From NCBI GenBank assembly GCA_020439925.1, contig JAGRPC010000023.1:1-62805 (forward strand): DNA of 62,805 nt, read 5' to 3'. Under the pieces are notes generated by a model. That model was not told the DNA's origin and ran no database searches. It worked only from the letters and a program-made list of their open reading frames with translations. The position numbers and the translations under genes were made by a program. This document shows, piece after piece, positions 48,622 through 58,907 of the stretch (position 1 is the first letter of the stretch; the number at the start of each line of letters is the position of its first letter). The stretch comes from Verrucomicrobiia bacterium (GTDB lineage: Bacteria > Verrucomicrobiota > Verrucomicrobiia > Verrucomicrobiales > DEV007).

Positions 48622-49944
48622 TTAGTGATCCCATTTTTCAAGGCAAAGAAACAGCGTTAGCGGCTTTGGAATCGGTGCGAACATCTCGGCTTTGGTTCCG
48701 CTGGACGGCATTCTGAACATCCCGCCTCGCGACGCGAAAAAAACCATTCCAGCCTCGGGGATCCCCAGGACACTCATGCCGTTCCTCTCCGTGTAGGCGA
48801 ATGGTTCCGTGCTCACCCTTACCTCTTCGCCGCCGACCTTTTTCCGCCAGGTCCCGCGAAGCGCCGTATCCGGAACATTCCGCGCAAACAGGAATGATTC
48901 CGAATCGATCCACTTATAAGCCTGTCCCGGATTGTGAAGCGTCTCGAAGCCGCCGCCCTCCAGATCCACAAGATAAAGGCCGTCACCGCCCACCACGAAA
49001 AGGTAACGGCCAGTTGGGGAAGGTTCGGCAAGCCCCTGACAGGCGGAAGGCAGCGTCAAAATCTGACGCACGCCCTGCCCGTTGACGTCAAATACGTTCA
49101 GGTCGAATCGCTGGAAGAAAATGCAACGCTCGTTGTTCACCCAATTCAATTTGGAAAAGACCATGTTCTGCTTCACCGGGAAGGACTTCGTTTCATCTTC
49201 CGCAACATCGTAAATCGTGAGGACTCTTCCGGAGTTATCCGCCTTGCTTCCAGCAACGAAACGTCCATTCGGAGAGCGCGAAGCGCCAAGCACGCTGATC
49301 GGGTCCGTCATCGACACCACTTCGCTCGTGTCGAGGTTGATGCGAAGCAGTTGATTTAGGTTCCGATGCACCAACACGCCGACCGTCCATGTAACAATGT
49401 TCGACAGGAAGCTGGGTTCATGAAACCCCGCCGTCGAAGTGACCCGCTCTTCGTTCACGAGCTTGAATTGATCGAAATCCAGACCGGCTTTCCAGATGTC
49501 CCCGTTCTGAACGAAGAGCGCCTGGTCAAGCTCCTCGTTCAATGCGACTCCATAGCGCGAGCCGATTTCGCCATCAAGGCGACCGTCTAATCCGTAACGG
49601 CGAAGCCCGTTCGGATATTGTGCGATAATTCTTTCGCGCTGCCGGTCGAGGAAGAGTCTCTTCGGTGCCGGATCCTTGAACCAATCATCGACGAGCAGCT
49701 TTCCGGAGTTCAGTTCGTAGAGGTCATCATCGGCGAGAAGCAAATTCCCTTCGAGAGACGGAATCACCTTGGCGACTTGCTCGACATGCTCGCGCCGTGC
49801 CTCGGCCTGCGGATCTGGACCGGCCGCCTCTCCACCCGAATACTGAAAGCGCCACCAGAACCAGAACAAGGCGGTGCTCAATGCGATCACCCCGAAAACG
49901 ATTGCGAATTTCGGGAACTGCTTCAGGACGCGCCAACGGACCAT
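48622..49944 (-). CDS. Membrane-anchored beta-propeller-like protein
   Basis: N-terminal TM; SPNGR/SPTGR TolB-like repeats; in relaxase operon. Confidence 0.7.
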   Translation of the reverse strand: MVRWRVLKQFPKFAIVFGVIALSTALFWFWWRFQYSGGEAAGPDPQAEARREHVEQVAKVIPSLEGNLLLADDDLYELNSGKLLVDDWFKDPAPKRLFLDRQRERIIAQYPNGLRRYGLDGRLDGEIGSRYGVALNEELDQALFVQNGDIWKAGLDFDQFKLVNEERVTSTAGFHEPSFLSNIVTWTVGVLVHRNLNQLLRINLDTSEVVSMTDPISVLGASRSPNGRFVAGSKADNSGRVLTIYDVAEDETKSFPVKQNMVFSKLNWVNNERCIFFQRFDLNVFDVNGQGVRQILTLPSACQGLAEPSPTGRYLFVVGGDGLYLVDLEGGGFETLHNPGQAYKWIDSESFLFARNVPDTALRGTWRKKVGGEEVRVSTEPFAYTERNGMSVLGIPEAGMVFFASRGGMFRMPSSGTKAEMFAPIPKPLTLFLCLEKWDH

Positions 49945-49962
49945 GAACGAATTTGGATTGGG

Positions 49963-50397
49963 TTATTCTTCGGTTTCGGATTCTTCCGTGAAGTCTTTCG
50001 GGGGAGTGATCGTGATTCCCTCGATGAACGTCTCATTGTCCTGATGATCCTGCATTTCGGAATCAGCTTCCTTCACCCAGGCGACACGCTTCTGTTTGAT
50101 TGCTGAGAAGAGAGGGCGGAGCCCCCTGCCCTTGACCGTCACCAGAAAACCTCCGAAGGCAAGATCGATGCATCCGCTTTCCGGATCATGATTGAACCAA
50201 ATCAAATCGGTGTAGCTGAAGCAGGTTTGGAGACCGTTCGAAAACTGAAGCTCGAGGAAGTTCTCCTGCATACCTTCGCCAAGCATGACCGAGAAGAACT
50301 TGTCGCCGCCTGCACCTTGCGCCGTTCCCGGTTGCTCCGCTTTGCGGCGCTTTTCTTCGAGGATTTGATCAATGCGGTCCGGTCCCATAAAATTCAC
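49963..50397 (-). CDS. Hypothetical protein coupled to the relaxase
   Basis: GTGA overlap with relaxase stop; acidic 144 aa. Confidence 0.7.
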   Translation of the reverse strand: MNFMGPDRIDQILEEKRRKAEQPGTAQGAGGDKFFSVMLGEGMQENFLELQFSNGLQTCFSYTDLIWFNHDPESGCIDLAFGGFLVTVKGRGLRPLFSAIKQKRVAWVKEADSEMQDHQDNETFIEGITITPPKDFTEESETEE

Positions 50398-53300
50398 TTC
50401 TTCGGTTTTGGCGGAGGCGGTGCCTTCTGCGCCTGAATCTTCTTCTGCAATGCTGCCTGTTTCTGTGCCGCCGCTCCAGCATCGTTCGCCTTTTGCTTCG
50501 ATGCGTGTTCGCTAATCTTTTTCGTGTTGTTTTGGGGCAACGGTTTAACCTCCGCTCCGCCCATCCGAATCTTCCGATCCGGTGCGGAATTCTTGGCCTG
50601 GTTCGGCTGCGACGGCCTCGCCTTGCCCGTCTCTTTTGCCGCATTCTGCCCTTTGGTTTTCTCAGCGACCTTGTTGAAGTTCGCTCCGGCGGTCTGATAC
50701 ATGTTTGCCGACCACTTCTTCCGCGCATCGCCCGCAGGCTCTTCCGCAGCCCGCTTCGGCTTCGGAGTCGGAAGAGGTTTGGAAATCGGCTCCTGCTTTT
50801 TGACGTTCTTCGGATGAAGCGCCACGACCTTCTTCTCTTCCGTCTCTTTCGCTTCACTCTTCCGCGTTTCGAGCTGCTTCTCGGCTTCCGCCTTCTTCTT
50901 CGCTTCGTGAAGAGCCAGCATTCGCTCCTGAACCGGTGTCGTCAAAAGGCTCGTCTTCGGAAGGGTTCTGCCCCGAGGTTTGGGTCCCTTGGGTTTCCCC
51001 GTCGGATGCCCCTTGGAACGACTCTTGCCGTCAGGACCCGCGATCTTGCGGCGCATCTCGATGTAGCCCTTCCACGAGGGCCCGGACCCTTTTCGAGTCG
51101 GATGCTCCTTGCGCTGATTTGCCACCGTCTCGACCCAAGTCTTCGATTCATCGAGACCGCGGCGATTCTGAATCGCATCACTCCATTGCTTGGCTCGAAG
51201 GGGGGAACTCATGAAAGTTGAAAGATCTTTCTGGCTTAACTCCGCCAGCTCGACGCCCGACATTCGAGTCGAAGTGTTGCCCACCGCCTCCTGAAGTCCC
51301 CGGCGGTTGTCAGTGTAGATGTGGATTGTCTCCTTGCCACGGCTGCAAGAGACATAAAACTGTTCCTGCGAACTCGCAACAAGGGAAGATTCACTCTGCG
51401 CCACAAGGACGTGACGGACGCTCTTGCTCTGGGAAGAGTGGGATGTCTGGCAGTAGCCATGTGCGAGATGCCCGTGATTCTTCTCAAGAACCGCGCCAGT
51501 GTTCAAGACAATCCGGCCCTTCTTGTCGAAGCGGTCCACGGTGAAGACGTTGCCGTTGCTCAAACGCCTCCCATCGGCACTGGTGCCGTTCCGCGTGATT
51601 CGGATGCGGTCGCCCTTGCCCAGCGAGATGGATTGCTCCTCGAAGACCTGGAAGCGGGGTGCATCCTTCATCGGAAGAACTCGGGTTTTGCCGCGGTCGC
51701 CGGTCAGGTGAACCTGACCTTCGGGATCGATCCGAGCCACCCGGAAAATCTCCCCCCGTTTCGCCCCGACTGCATTCTGGTGATACTGAACCACCAAACC
51801 CGGAAAGTAGCTCTCGGGAAGGGCCCGGACACTTTCCTCCCATTGGAGATTCTGAAGCCGGAGAAACTCCCGCTCTGGACCCAGCTTCTTTGCCTCACGT
51901 TTGGCGCTCCGAATCGCCTCCGTTACCATCGCGCCTTCGGCGTGAGTCGGGGAAACGACCAGCGGGGCTTCCCCGCCTCGCGACAAGGCAATGAAGTCCG
52001 AAGCAAGCTTACGATACCGTTCAGCCTCATCAGCAATCTCGATGAAGGCCCCCAGCTTTTCGAGACGCCGAAACCCCGTTCTCAAATCGCCTTTGCTCAG
52101 AGCCTCAATCGCCTCCTTGTAGTCCTGAAGCTCTTGCCTCCGAATCTGCGTGACCTCGGCAATCCGAAGTCCCGCGTGTTGTTGCAGGAGCCGGAAGGCA
52201 TCGCCTCGCTGCACCGGCGCGTGTTGCGCGGCATCACCAGTCAGAATGACCCGGGTGCCCGCGCCCGCGATCTCCATGATGCGCCACATGTCGCGCACTC
52301 CCAGGAGTCCCGCTTCATCAATCCAGATCACCTGCCCCCGAACCTGCTGTTGCAGCTTCGTGTTCGTAAGAAGGTGAGCCACCGTCTCCGCACCTTCGAA
52401 CCCCGACTCACGGAGCGTTTCACGGGAAGCGGAGGCAGAGGGAGCGAACGCAAAGAGCTTGAGGCCCCTCGCCTCAATCGCCTTCGCAGCTTCCTGCATC
52501 AACGTCGTTTTCCCGACGCCGGCACCGCCGCGAATCGCGATCACTTGATCGCGATTCGTGAGGATGTGTTTGACCGCCGCCCTCTGCTCTTCTGAAAGTT
52601 TTGAACCGAGGTTCAGAGTCCCACGTCCGCCAAGAGGCATCGCAGAATTGCGGCCCGCGCGGGCAAAATTGATGAGAGCAACTTCTTCGGCAAGTACGCC
52701 GACCGTCGTGCAGAGATGCTCTTCCCCCACGAAGCGGCCAATCAAGCCGCGTCGCTCGAATTCCGCCTTCACCGCTTTTGGAGTGACGAAGCCCACTCCA
52801 AAACGCATCGCTTCCGCCAGGATGCGCCCGCGCTCCACCACCGACTGCTTCTCAAAAACCTTGGCAAGGGCGTAATCGACGGCTTCCGAAGGAGTCACCC
52901 GCGTCCCGAAAGATTGCTCCTTGTCGAAGCAAACCTTCGAGACCTCCACCTTTTCGCCCTCCGTGAGGCGACCGCTCCAGGACGCCATCAGATCGGAGAA
53001 GCTCAACCCATGTCGCTTCCCCTCTCGGGAGAGCGCTCCAAGCGTTTCCTTCTCCTTGGGATTGGTGATTCCCTTCTCCTCGGCCAACCGCTCAATCTGA
53101 GCGGTCCGCCGCGAGAATTTGGCAATCACACTGGCAGGCATTCCCTTGATCTCCCAGCCCTGCTTTGTGCGGGCAACGGCGTAGCCCTGCCCCGCCAAAG
53201 CCGCTGCAAGACGGGAATGAAATGCCGCCTCATTATAAGGAGCGTTCTTCTTGATGTCGCGAAACTTCGCCGCCTTCCAGCGCCCCTCCTCGCCGTCAAA

Positions 53301-53819
53301 GGTCGCATTGAAGGAGAAGCAGTGGACATGGAGATGCGGATCGGGAATGCCCCCGACCGGCCGCGCCGTGAAATGGACGAACTCCGCCCATGCCAGATTG
53401 CCCGTCCACCGATTGCTCGCTTCCCCCCGCCGTCGGACCCTTGTTGCGGTGCTTTCCTCGATCTCCGCCATCGTCTCCTGGACGGCTTGGCGGAACGCCC
53501 TCAAGACCCCCTGATCCTGGGTCATCGCGTAGAGGACGGAAAGACTTTTTGGCGCATGGAAGTTGATGTCGTATCCGACAATCCGGTCCGCCTTGGTGTG
53601 CGGCGTCAGCCTCCCGCCTTCCACCGGATGCCGGTTTTCCACCAGCGCGGCAAACGCCTCGCCGGTGACGTTCCCGCTAAGTCCGAGTCGCGCCGTCGCT
53701 TTTCCATGCCACTTCCCGACCACCTCCTGCTTCTCGGAGTAGTAGTCCTCGCGCTTCAGACCCTCCGTGTAGTATTGGCGGGCAGCAGCCGCACTTTTGT
53801 GAGCTACCACCCTGAGCAT
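50394..53819 (-). CDS. MOBF (TrwC/TraI-type) relaxase-helicase
   Basis: QYY...DYY tyrosines, GYDINFHAPKS, PDPHLHVH, FSRRT, GGAGVGKTT, IDEAG, HSSQ; long basic tail. Confidence 0.95.
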   Translation of the reverse strand: MLRVVAHKSAAAARQYYTEGLKREDYYSEKQEVVGKWHGKATARLGLSGNVTGEAFAALVENRHPVEGGRLTPHTKADRIVGYDINFHAPKSLSVLYAMTQDQGVLRAFRQAVQETMAEIEESTATRVRRRGEASNRWTGNLAWAEFVHFTARPVGGIPDPHLHVHCFSFNATFDGEEGRWKAAKFRDIKKNAPYNEAAFHSRLAAALAGQGYAVARTKQGWEIKGMPASVIAKFSRRTAQIERLAEEKGITNPKEKETLGALSREGKRHGLSFSDLMASWSGRLTEGEKVEVSKVCFDKEQSFGTRVTPSEAVDYALAKVFEKQSVVERGRILAEAMRFGVGFVTPKAVKAEFERRGLIGRFVGEEHLCTTVGVLAEEVALINFARAGRNSAMPLGGRGTLNLGSKLSEEQRAAVKHILTNRDQVIAIRGGAGVGKTTLMQEAAKAIEARGLKLFAFAPSASASRETLRESGFEGAETVAHLLTNTKLQQQVRGQVIWIDEAGLLGVRDMWRIMEIAGAGTRVILTGDAAQHAPVQRGDAFRLLQQHAGLRIAEVTQIRRQELQDYKEAIEALSKGDLRTGFRRLEKLGAFIEIADEAERYRKLASDFIALSRGGEAPLVVSPTHAEGAMVTEAIRSAKREAKKLGPEREFLRLQNLQWEESVRALPESYFPGLVVQYHQNAVGAKRGEIFRVARIDPEGQVHLTGDRGKTRVLPMKDAPRFQVFEEQSISLGKGDRIRITRNGTSADGRRLSNGNVFTVDRFDKKGRIVLNTGAVLEKNHGHLAHGYCQTSHSSQSKSVRHVLVAQSESSLVASSQEQFYVSCSRGKETIHIYTDNRRGLQEAVGNTSTRMSGVELAELSQKDLSTFMSSPLRAKQWSDAIQNRRGLDESKTWVETVANQRKEHPTRKGSGPSWKGYIEMRRKIAGPDGKSRSKGHPTGKPKGPKPRGRTLPKTSLLTTPVQERMLALHEAKKKAEAEKQLETRKSEAKETEEKKVVALHPKNVKKQEPISKPLPTPKPKRAAEEPAGDARKKWSANMYQTAGANFNKVAEKTKGQNAAKETGKARPSQPNQAKNSAPDRKIRMGGAEVKPLPQNNTKKISEHASKQKANDAGAAAQKQAALQKKIQAQKAPPPPKPKK

Positions 53820-54160
53820 GAGCCAAGACTACCACATTTTTGAACACTGTTCCAGATTCCTCGGGACATGGGAAAATCTTGCCTGCTTGCCAGCTAAAAA
53901 GCCAGCATTCAATCAACCTTGCTTCCTAGCAACCAGGGGAGCAAGCCATCTAGCTTGCGAACATGCCAGCAAGCCAGAAGCCGAGCAGCCTTGCCACCTT
54001 GCGAGCCCTCTTTCTTGCGTGCGTGCTAGCTTGCTAGCATTCTTTCATGATAGCTTTCAGACATCTGCCCTTTGCACTGCTTCGCGTTTCAAAGGGAGTT
54101 TTTCGGCTCGCCCGAAACCCGCCGTCCGGCTAGGTTTGGCAGCCTTTTCCCGCCGCCCCA
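53820..54160. promoter_or_regulatory. Probable oriT / divergent promoter region
   Basis: Intergenic between divergent relaxase and T4CP; dense GCTTGC/GCAAGC/CTAGC repeats; nic site not identified. Confidence 0.5.
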
Positions 54161-55720
54161 ATGGACGCCTTTTCCACCTCGAAACCAGCCCCTGCCAACC
54201 CAAAAACAGGGGGGATTCCCGCCGCCAAAGACTGGGCGGATGACGACGAGGCGCTCCTTGAACTGGGGACGGGCAGGGAGGTCCGCCCGGAGAATCTCTG
54301 GTGCCTGAAGGATGCTTTCGAAGGTGTTCAGATCTTCGGGGGGACCGGTTCAGGGAAGTCCTCCGGAAGCGGTCAGGCGCTCGCCCGCAGCTTCCTCGAG
54401 TCCAATCTCGGAGGTTTGGTTCTCACCGCCAAGCTCGATGAGGTTCTCGCCTGGAGACGGTTCGCCCGAGAGACGGGAAGGGAAGCAGACCTGCTTGTCG
54501 TCGAGCCCGGGGCACCCCACCGGTTCAATTTCCTACGCTACGAACTCACCCGCCCGGGAAGCGGGGCAGGGCACACGGAAAATCTTGTGAACCTTTTTTG
54601 CAGCGTTCTCGAAGCTGCCGAACGGAAGCAAGGGCAGGGCGGGGGTGGAGGGAACGACGCCTACTGGCAGCGCACCCTGAAGCAGCTCCTCCGGAACGCC
54701 ATCGACCTGGCCATTTTGGCGCTCGATGACGTGAGCCTTCCTTCCCTCTACCGGATTATCACCTCCGCGCCGAGGAATTCGGAGGAAGCAACGGAGCCCG
54801 ACTGGCAGACCAACTCCGTTTGCTTCGCCCTCATCGAAACCGCCGAAAGCCGCTCCGAAGAAAAGAACCGGAAAAGTGACTTCGAGCTGACCCGCGATTA
54901 CTGGCTCAAGGAATTTCCGAACCTCGCCCCGGAGACTCGCTCGGTCATCGTCTCGACCTTCACGAGCATGGCGGACTGCTTCATGCGCGGACTCCTCCGC
55001 GACCTCTTTTGCTCCGACCTGACCTTCACGCCCGAAGACACCTTCAAAGGGAAGATTGTCATTTTGAATCTTCCGGTGAAGGAGTTCAACGAACTGGGAC
55101 AGTTCGCCCAAGTCCTCTTCAAATTTGTCTGGCAGCGGGCGGTCGAAAGACGGATCCCGCCGGGGATCGACCGAGCTGCCGCTCAACAGACGATCCGCCC
55201 GGTTTTCCTCTGGGCGGACGAATCACAGTTTTTCGTGAACTCCTACGACGCACTCTTCCAGAGCACCGCCCGGAGTTCACGCGCCTGCACCGTTTACCTT
55301 ACCCAGAATCTCCCCAGCTACTTCTCCGCCTTCGGCGGCAGCAACTCGCGGTCCGACGCCGAGAGCTTCCTCGGGAACCTCCAAACGAAAATCTTTCACG
55401 CCAACGGAGATCCGACGACGAATAACTGGTCGGCCGAATCAATCGGCAAGACCCGGCAGGCGCAGCTCTACGGAGGACTCTCCGAGGCAATGGCGCGGGC
55501 AGGGGGGAGCGTGAACCAAAACGCCGGCGGAAGCCTCGTTTTCGAGTATCTCGTCCAGCCGCAGGAATTCACCATGCTCCGGACCGGAGGTCCGGAATGT
55601 GACTTCCAAGTTGACTCCATCATCTTCCAAGGCGGACGACGTTGGCTCGTCACGCCGAAGGATAAAACCGTCCCTCAAAATTTCATCCGCCACGTCTTCC
55701 CGCAGAAGTATGAAGGATAG
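54161..55720 (+). CDS. Type IV coupling protein-like ATPase (TraD/TraG/VirD4 family)
   Basis: Walker A GGTGSGKS, Walker B WADESQ, TQN, GNLQTKIF; no N-terminal TM. Confidence 0.88.
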   Translation: MDAFSTSKPAPANPKTGGIPAAKDWADDDEALLELGTGREVRPENLWCLKDAFEGVQIFGGTGSGKSSGSGQALARSFLESNLGGLVLTAKLDEVLAWRRFARETGREADLLVVEPGAPHRFNFLRYELTRPGSGAGHTENLVNLFCSVLEAAERKQGQGGGGGNDAYWQRTLKQLLRNAIDLAILALDDVSLPSLYRIITSAPRNSEEATEPDWQTNSVCFALIETAESRSEEKNRKSDFELTRDYWLKEFPNLAPETRSVIVSTFTSMADCFMRGLLRDLFCSDLTFTPEDTFKGKIVILNLPVKEFNELGQFAQVLFKFVWQRAVERRIPPGIDRAAAQQTIRPVFLWADESQFFVNSYDALFQSTARSSRACTVYLTQNLPSYFSAFGGSNSRSDAESFLGNLQTKIFHANGDPTTNNWSAESIGKTRQAQLYGGLSEAMARAGGSVNQNAGGSLVFEYLVQPQEFTMLRTGGPECDFQVDSIIFQGGRRWLVTPKDKTVPQNFIRHVFPQKYEG

Positions 55721-56591
55721 GCAGATCCCCGCCACCGGACCGCAGCCTCGAATTCCAATCGTTAGCGCCGTGCTCCACTGGCTCGCGGTGCCCGCCATCG
55801 TTTATTTCCGCTCCGGTTTCGGATTCTCCTTTCTCAGTCCGAAAAGCGTTTTCCTCGCCTTCTCGTGGGCAGCGCTTCTCTTCACCGCCTACGTCTGGCT
55901 CCAAGAAGGAGCTTGGCGATACTTCTGGGCTCTCAGCAGCTTCTTCACCGGAGCGGTTATCCTCTATGCGTTCCACTTGTCCGTCGCCTTCGTGAGCGAA
56001 ACTCGGAAGACCGGCAAGCACGATTTCTACTCGGGAGCATCGCATCTCCTCCGCGTGCCCGGACTGAAGGAGTCTCTTGGAAATCCACGCGGGGAGGTCA
56101 TCATTCACCTCTGGATCGAACCTGCCCTTGTTCTTGCCGCCTCGACGGTGCTTCGTGTCATCTTCGCCGAACGGTTCCTTTCGCAGTGGCTCGTTGTCGT
56201 CGGGATCGCGCTGTGGCTGAAGGAATTTCTGAACTACTGGTATCAACTCAGGCACCGGAAAAAGCAGGAAGATGTCTTCGAGGATGCGGAAGAGGCAACC
56301 GAGAGCGGAACCGTCTCTCCGCAAGTCGAGGCTCCGACCGGAAAGGGTCGGCGGCCTCGCGCCAAACGTCCGCGACTCCACGATGACGGCGATCAGGGAA
56401 GCAACGAACGGCTCTTTGCCGAGATTCTCCGGTTGATGCCGCCCTATCGCTTGGAGCAAGCAGAAGATAATTATCGCGCCCTTACCGAAGCGCTTCGCGT
56501 CGATCAAAATCTTTCACCGGAAGAGAAATCTCAAATGCTGGAGGATCTGACGGCTGCGGTAGATTTTTTCAGGAAGCAATCACGCGGCTAA
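55710..56591 (+). CDS. Multi-pass membrane protein with degenerate J-domain-like C-terminus
   Basis: About four TM segments, YSG motif, overlaps T4CP stop. Confidence 0.7.
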   Translation: MKDRQIPATGPQPRIPIVSAVLHWLAVPAIVYFRSGFGFSFLSPKSVFLAFSWAALLFTAYVWLQEGAWRYFWALSSFFTGAVILYAFHLSVAFVSETRKTGKHDFYSGASHLLRVPGLKESLGNPRGEVIIHLWIEPALVLAASTVLRVIFAERFLSQWLVVVGIALWLKEFLNYWYQLRHRKKQEDVFEDAEEATESGTVSPQVEAPTGKGRRPRAKRPRLHDDGDQGSNERLFAEILRLMPPYRLEQAEDNYRALTEALRVDQNLSPEEKSQMLEDLTAAVDFFRKQSRG

Positions 56592-57752
56592 CTTGCGCTT
56601 GGAGCTTTCGATCTTGATTTGCTCGATCGGGTGTCCCGTGGAACGCCACGCTTCGATGAGCTTGAAGCGGTAATTCGTATCGACCCAGTCGCCGATGAAT
56701 TTGGTCGGAGCCTGGAACGTCAAGGTTCCGTTTTCAATTCCCTTCAAACGAAGCTTGGAGAGCCACGAGGTTACGGTTGCCTCGCCGAGATGCTTGCGCA
56801 TCACTTCGAGAACGATCTCCCAAGCTTCCTCCAAAGGAGTCCTCTCGATCAGCTCGATTTGCTCCGGCTGCGCCGTCTCTTCTTTCTGCAACGAAATCTC
56901 GCGTTTCACGGTTCTCTCCATCAGGAGCATGTCATCGCCGCCACTGGATTTGACTTCTTCAAGTCGGAGACCCGGTAAACCGTTTCTTTTGACGAGTTTT
57001 CTGATCGCACTTGCGTAGTGCTTATATTCCTGTTGCGACGCCGATTTCCGGTAAAGGCTCTTGAAAGTCTCCTTCCAGATGCCCGTGGCACCGCCCGTCG
57101 CCTTTCTCGCGTAAAGGTAAAGCCAGCGCTCAACACTCCCCGGAATCTCGAAATACCGCTTGTCGAGCGTGAGAACGTGGAAGTCCTGGACACTCTCAAA
57201 CAGCCATTCGGCAAGAACGACTTCGATTCCGCGAATTTCGCCGCCTTCTTCCGTAATTTCCCATTCCGAGATCCAAGAGAACTGGCGGATGCGGTTTCGC
57301 GTTCGCTTACCGACATCCGACCGGATCGTCGTTTGAATGCTCGTCATCTTAAGCCGATGAAGCGCGTCTTTGATTCTTTGATATTGCCCGCCGCCAGGTT
57401 CACGATTGATCCACGCAAGAAACTGGTATGGGGTGAAATGAATTCTTCGCGAGGGTTCGAGACCTAAGCGCTTCGCGTCGATCCACTGCGAAACAGCGAA
57501 GATGAGCAAGTCCTGATCGTGGATTGTGGCGATTCCATGTTCGGCGCTTCCGGTAATCCTTACCGTTTCCGTCTGACCAGTTTTCGCATCGACATACTCA
57601 TGTTGGATCGGTTCTGTTCTCCCGGGAGTCAGGCTGAACCAGCAACGCGCCATCAAGTCAATCTGCTCTTTCGGCGCAACATCGGACGAGGAAGCGGTGA
57701 ACCGCGTGAGGTCTTGATGTTCTTTGATTCCGCCCTCGATCTTCCTTCCCAT
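56580..57752 (-). CDS. repA: Plasmid replication initiator A with C-terminal DnaA_N-like domain
   Basis: GIATIHDQDLLI, LTLDKRYF, ERWLYLYARK; C-terminal AWE...SWL...APTKFIGDWV. Confidence 0.85.
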   Translation of the reverse strand: MGRKIEGGIKEHQDLTRFTASSSDVAPKEQIDLMARCWFSLTPGRTEPIQHEYVDAKTGQTETVRITGSAEHGIATIHDQDLLIFAVSQWIDAKRLGLEPSRRIHFTPYQFLAWINREPGGGQYQRIKDALHRLKMTSIQTTIRSDVGKRTRNRIRQFSWISEWEITEEGGEIRGIEVVLAEWLFESVQDFHVLTLDKRYFEIPGSVERWLYLYARKATGGATGIWKETFKSLYRKSASQQEYKHYASAIRKLVKRNGLPGLRLEEVKSSGGDDMLLMERTVKREISLQKEETAQPEQIELIERTPLEEAWEIVLEVMRKHLGEATVTSWLSKLRLKGIENGTLTFQAPTKFIGDWVDTNYRFKLIEAWRSTGHPIEQIKIESSKRKLAA

Positions 57753-57788
57753 GCCTTCGGCATAGCACATCTAAAATTAGAAGACAAT

Positions 57789-57965
57789 ATCGTCATGCCA
57801 GCGACCTTCTGGTTCTTTCCGAATTTTTGTAGCACCATCGTCATGCCAGCAACCCTTTGTATCGTCAAGGGAACGACCTTATCGACACGCCGCCGACCAG
57901 TCATCGTCATGCCAGCGACCATCCTATCGTCACTCCACCGACCCTACATCGACAGGGCAGCGACC
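57789..57965. repeat. Seven 18-bp iterons (oriV)
   Basis: ATCG(T/A)CA......C(G/A)ACC at 57789, 57837, 57861, 57881, 57903, 57926, 57948; AT-rich tract near 58010-58046. Confidence 0.85.
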
Positions 57966-58283
57966 GAAACACCCTTCAAAGGCGCTCTTTGCCTTGACCT
58001 CCGGCTCCTGAAACCTTACTTAAACTTCTTCTTATAAAACATCTAAACGCCGCCGGCAGGCGACGAGCCTTGAAGATGGCTCGCCTGCCAACGGCTCGGT
58101 GAGGGCAGGGAACCAGCGGAAGAGCGTGGAAACGAAGGTTCTGCAAGATTGCTTGCAAGCTAGCAAGCTAGTTGTGTTGCTAGGATGCCACCAAGACTGA
58201 GAAAATGAAGATGCTTGGCAGATGGAAGACAGCATTTTCTCCTCACTTTGAAACCGGAGTCTATTCTGAGGTTCGGAGAAATC

Positions 58284-58907
58284 ATGATCTACGGACTTAC
58301 AAATTCAAAGGGCGGAGTCGGAAAGACGACCATCGCAGTTCACTTGGCAGCGTGGCTCAGCAAGAAGAAGCGCAAGGTGACTTTCATCGACGCGGACCCG
58401 CAATCTTCCGCCTCGCAGTGGATCAGGGAGCTGGGCTTGCCAATCCAACTCGAACAAATCGACTCGCCGGAGACGATAATTCATCGACTCGCAAAACTTG
58501 CGAGTGATGCGGATGACATCGTCATCGACGGACCCGCAGGGCTCTCGGCCACAACCCGCGCCATCATGCTTCGGGCGGACAAAGTCTTCTTTCCATGTGG
58601 ACCGTCAATTCTCGATCTTCGCGCAGCCTCAAAAGCGGTGACACTCCTTCGGGAGGCCCAAAAGACCCGAAAGGGAAAACCGAGCGGATCACTGATTCCA
58701 AACAAACTCCAGAAGCGCGGACGTTTGAGCCGTGAGATGATGGATGCCGCGAAGAAGCTCGGCGTTCCAATGCTAGCCGGGCTCTCGCTTCGTCAAAGTT
58801 TCGCGGATGCCGCAGGGCAGGCGAAGGTTGTCTCCCAAATGGGCGCACCCGCCCTCCTTGCTTCGCTGGAAATGAATCAACTCTTGAAGGAGATGACCCG
58901 TGGTTAA
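58284..58907 (+). CDS. parA: ParA partition ATPase (short, type Ib)
   Basis: KGGVGKTT, IDADPQ, IDGP. Confidence 0.93.
   Translation: MIYGLTNSKGGVGKTTIAVHLAAWLSKKKRKVTFIDADPQSSASQWIRELGLPIQLEQIDSPETIIHRLAKLASDADDIVIDGPAGLSATTRAIMLRADKVFFPCGPSILDLRAASKAVTLLREAQKTRKGKPSGSLIPNKLQKRGRLSREMMDAAKKLGVPMLAGLSLRQSFADAAGQAKVVSQMGAPALLASLEMNQLLKEMTRG

Noticed and set aside
51321-53843. Long plus-strand ORFs over the relaxase
   Set aside because: Antisense shadows
57789-57965. Spaced repeats as a CRISPR array
   Set aside because: 18-bp degenerate units with mostly 2-6 bp gaps next to repA and no cas genes; these fit iterons
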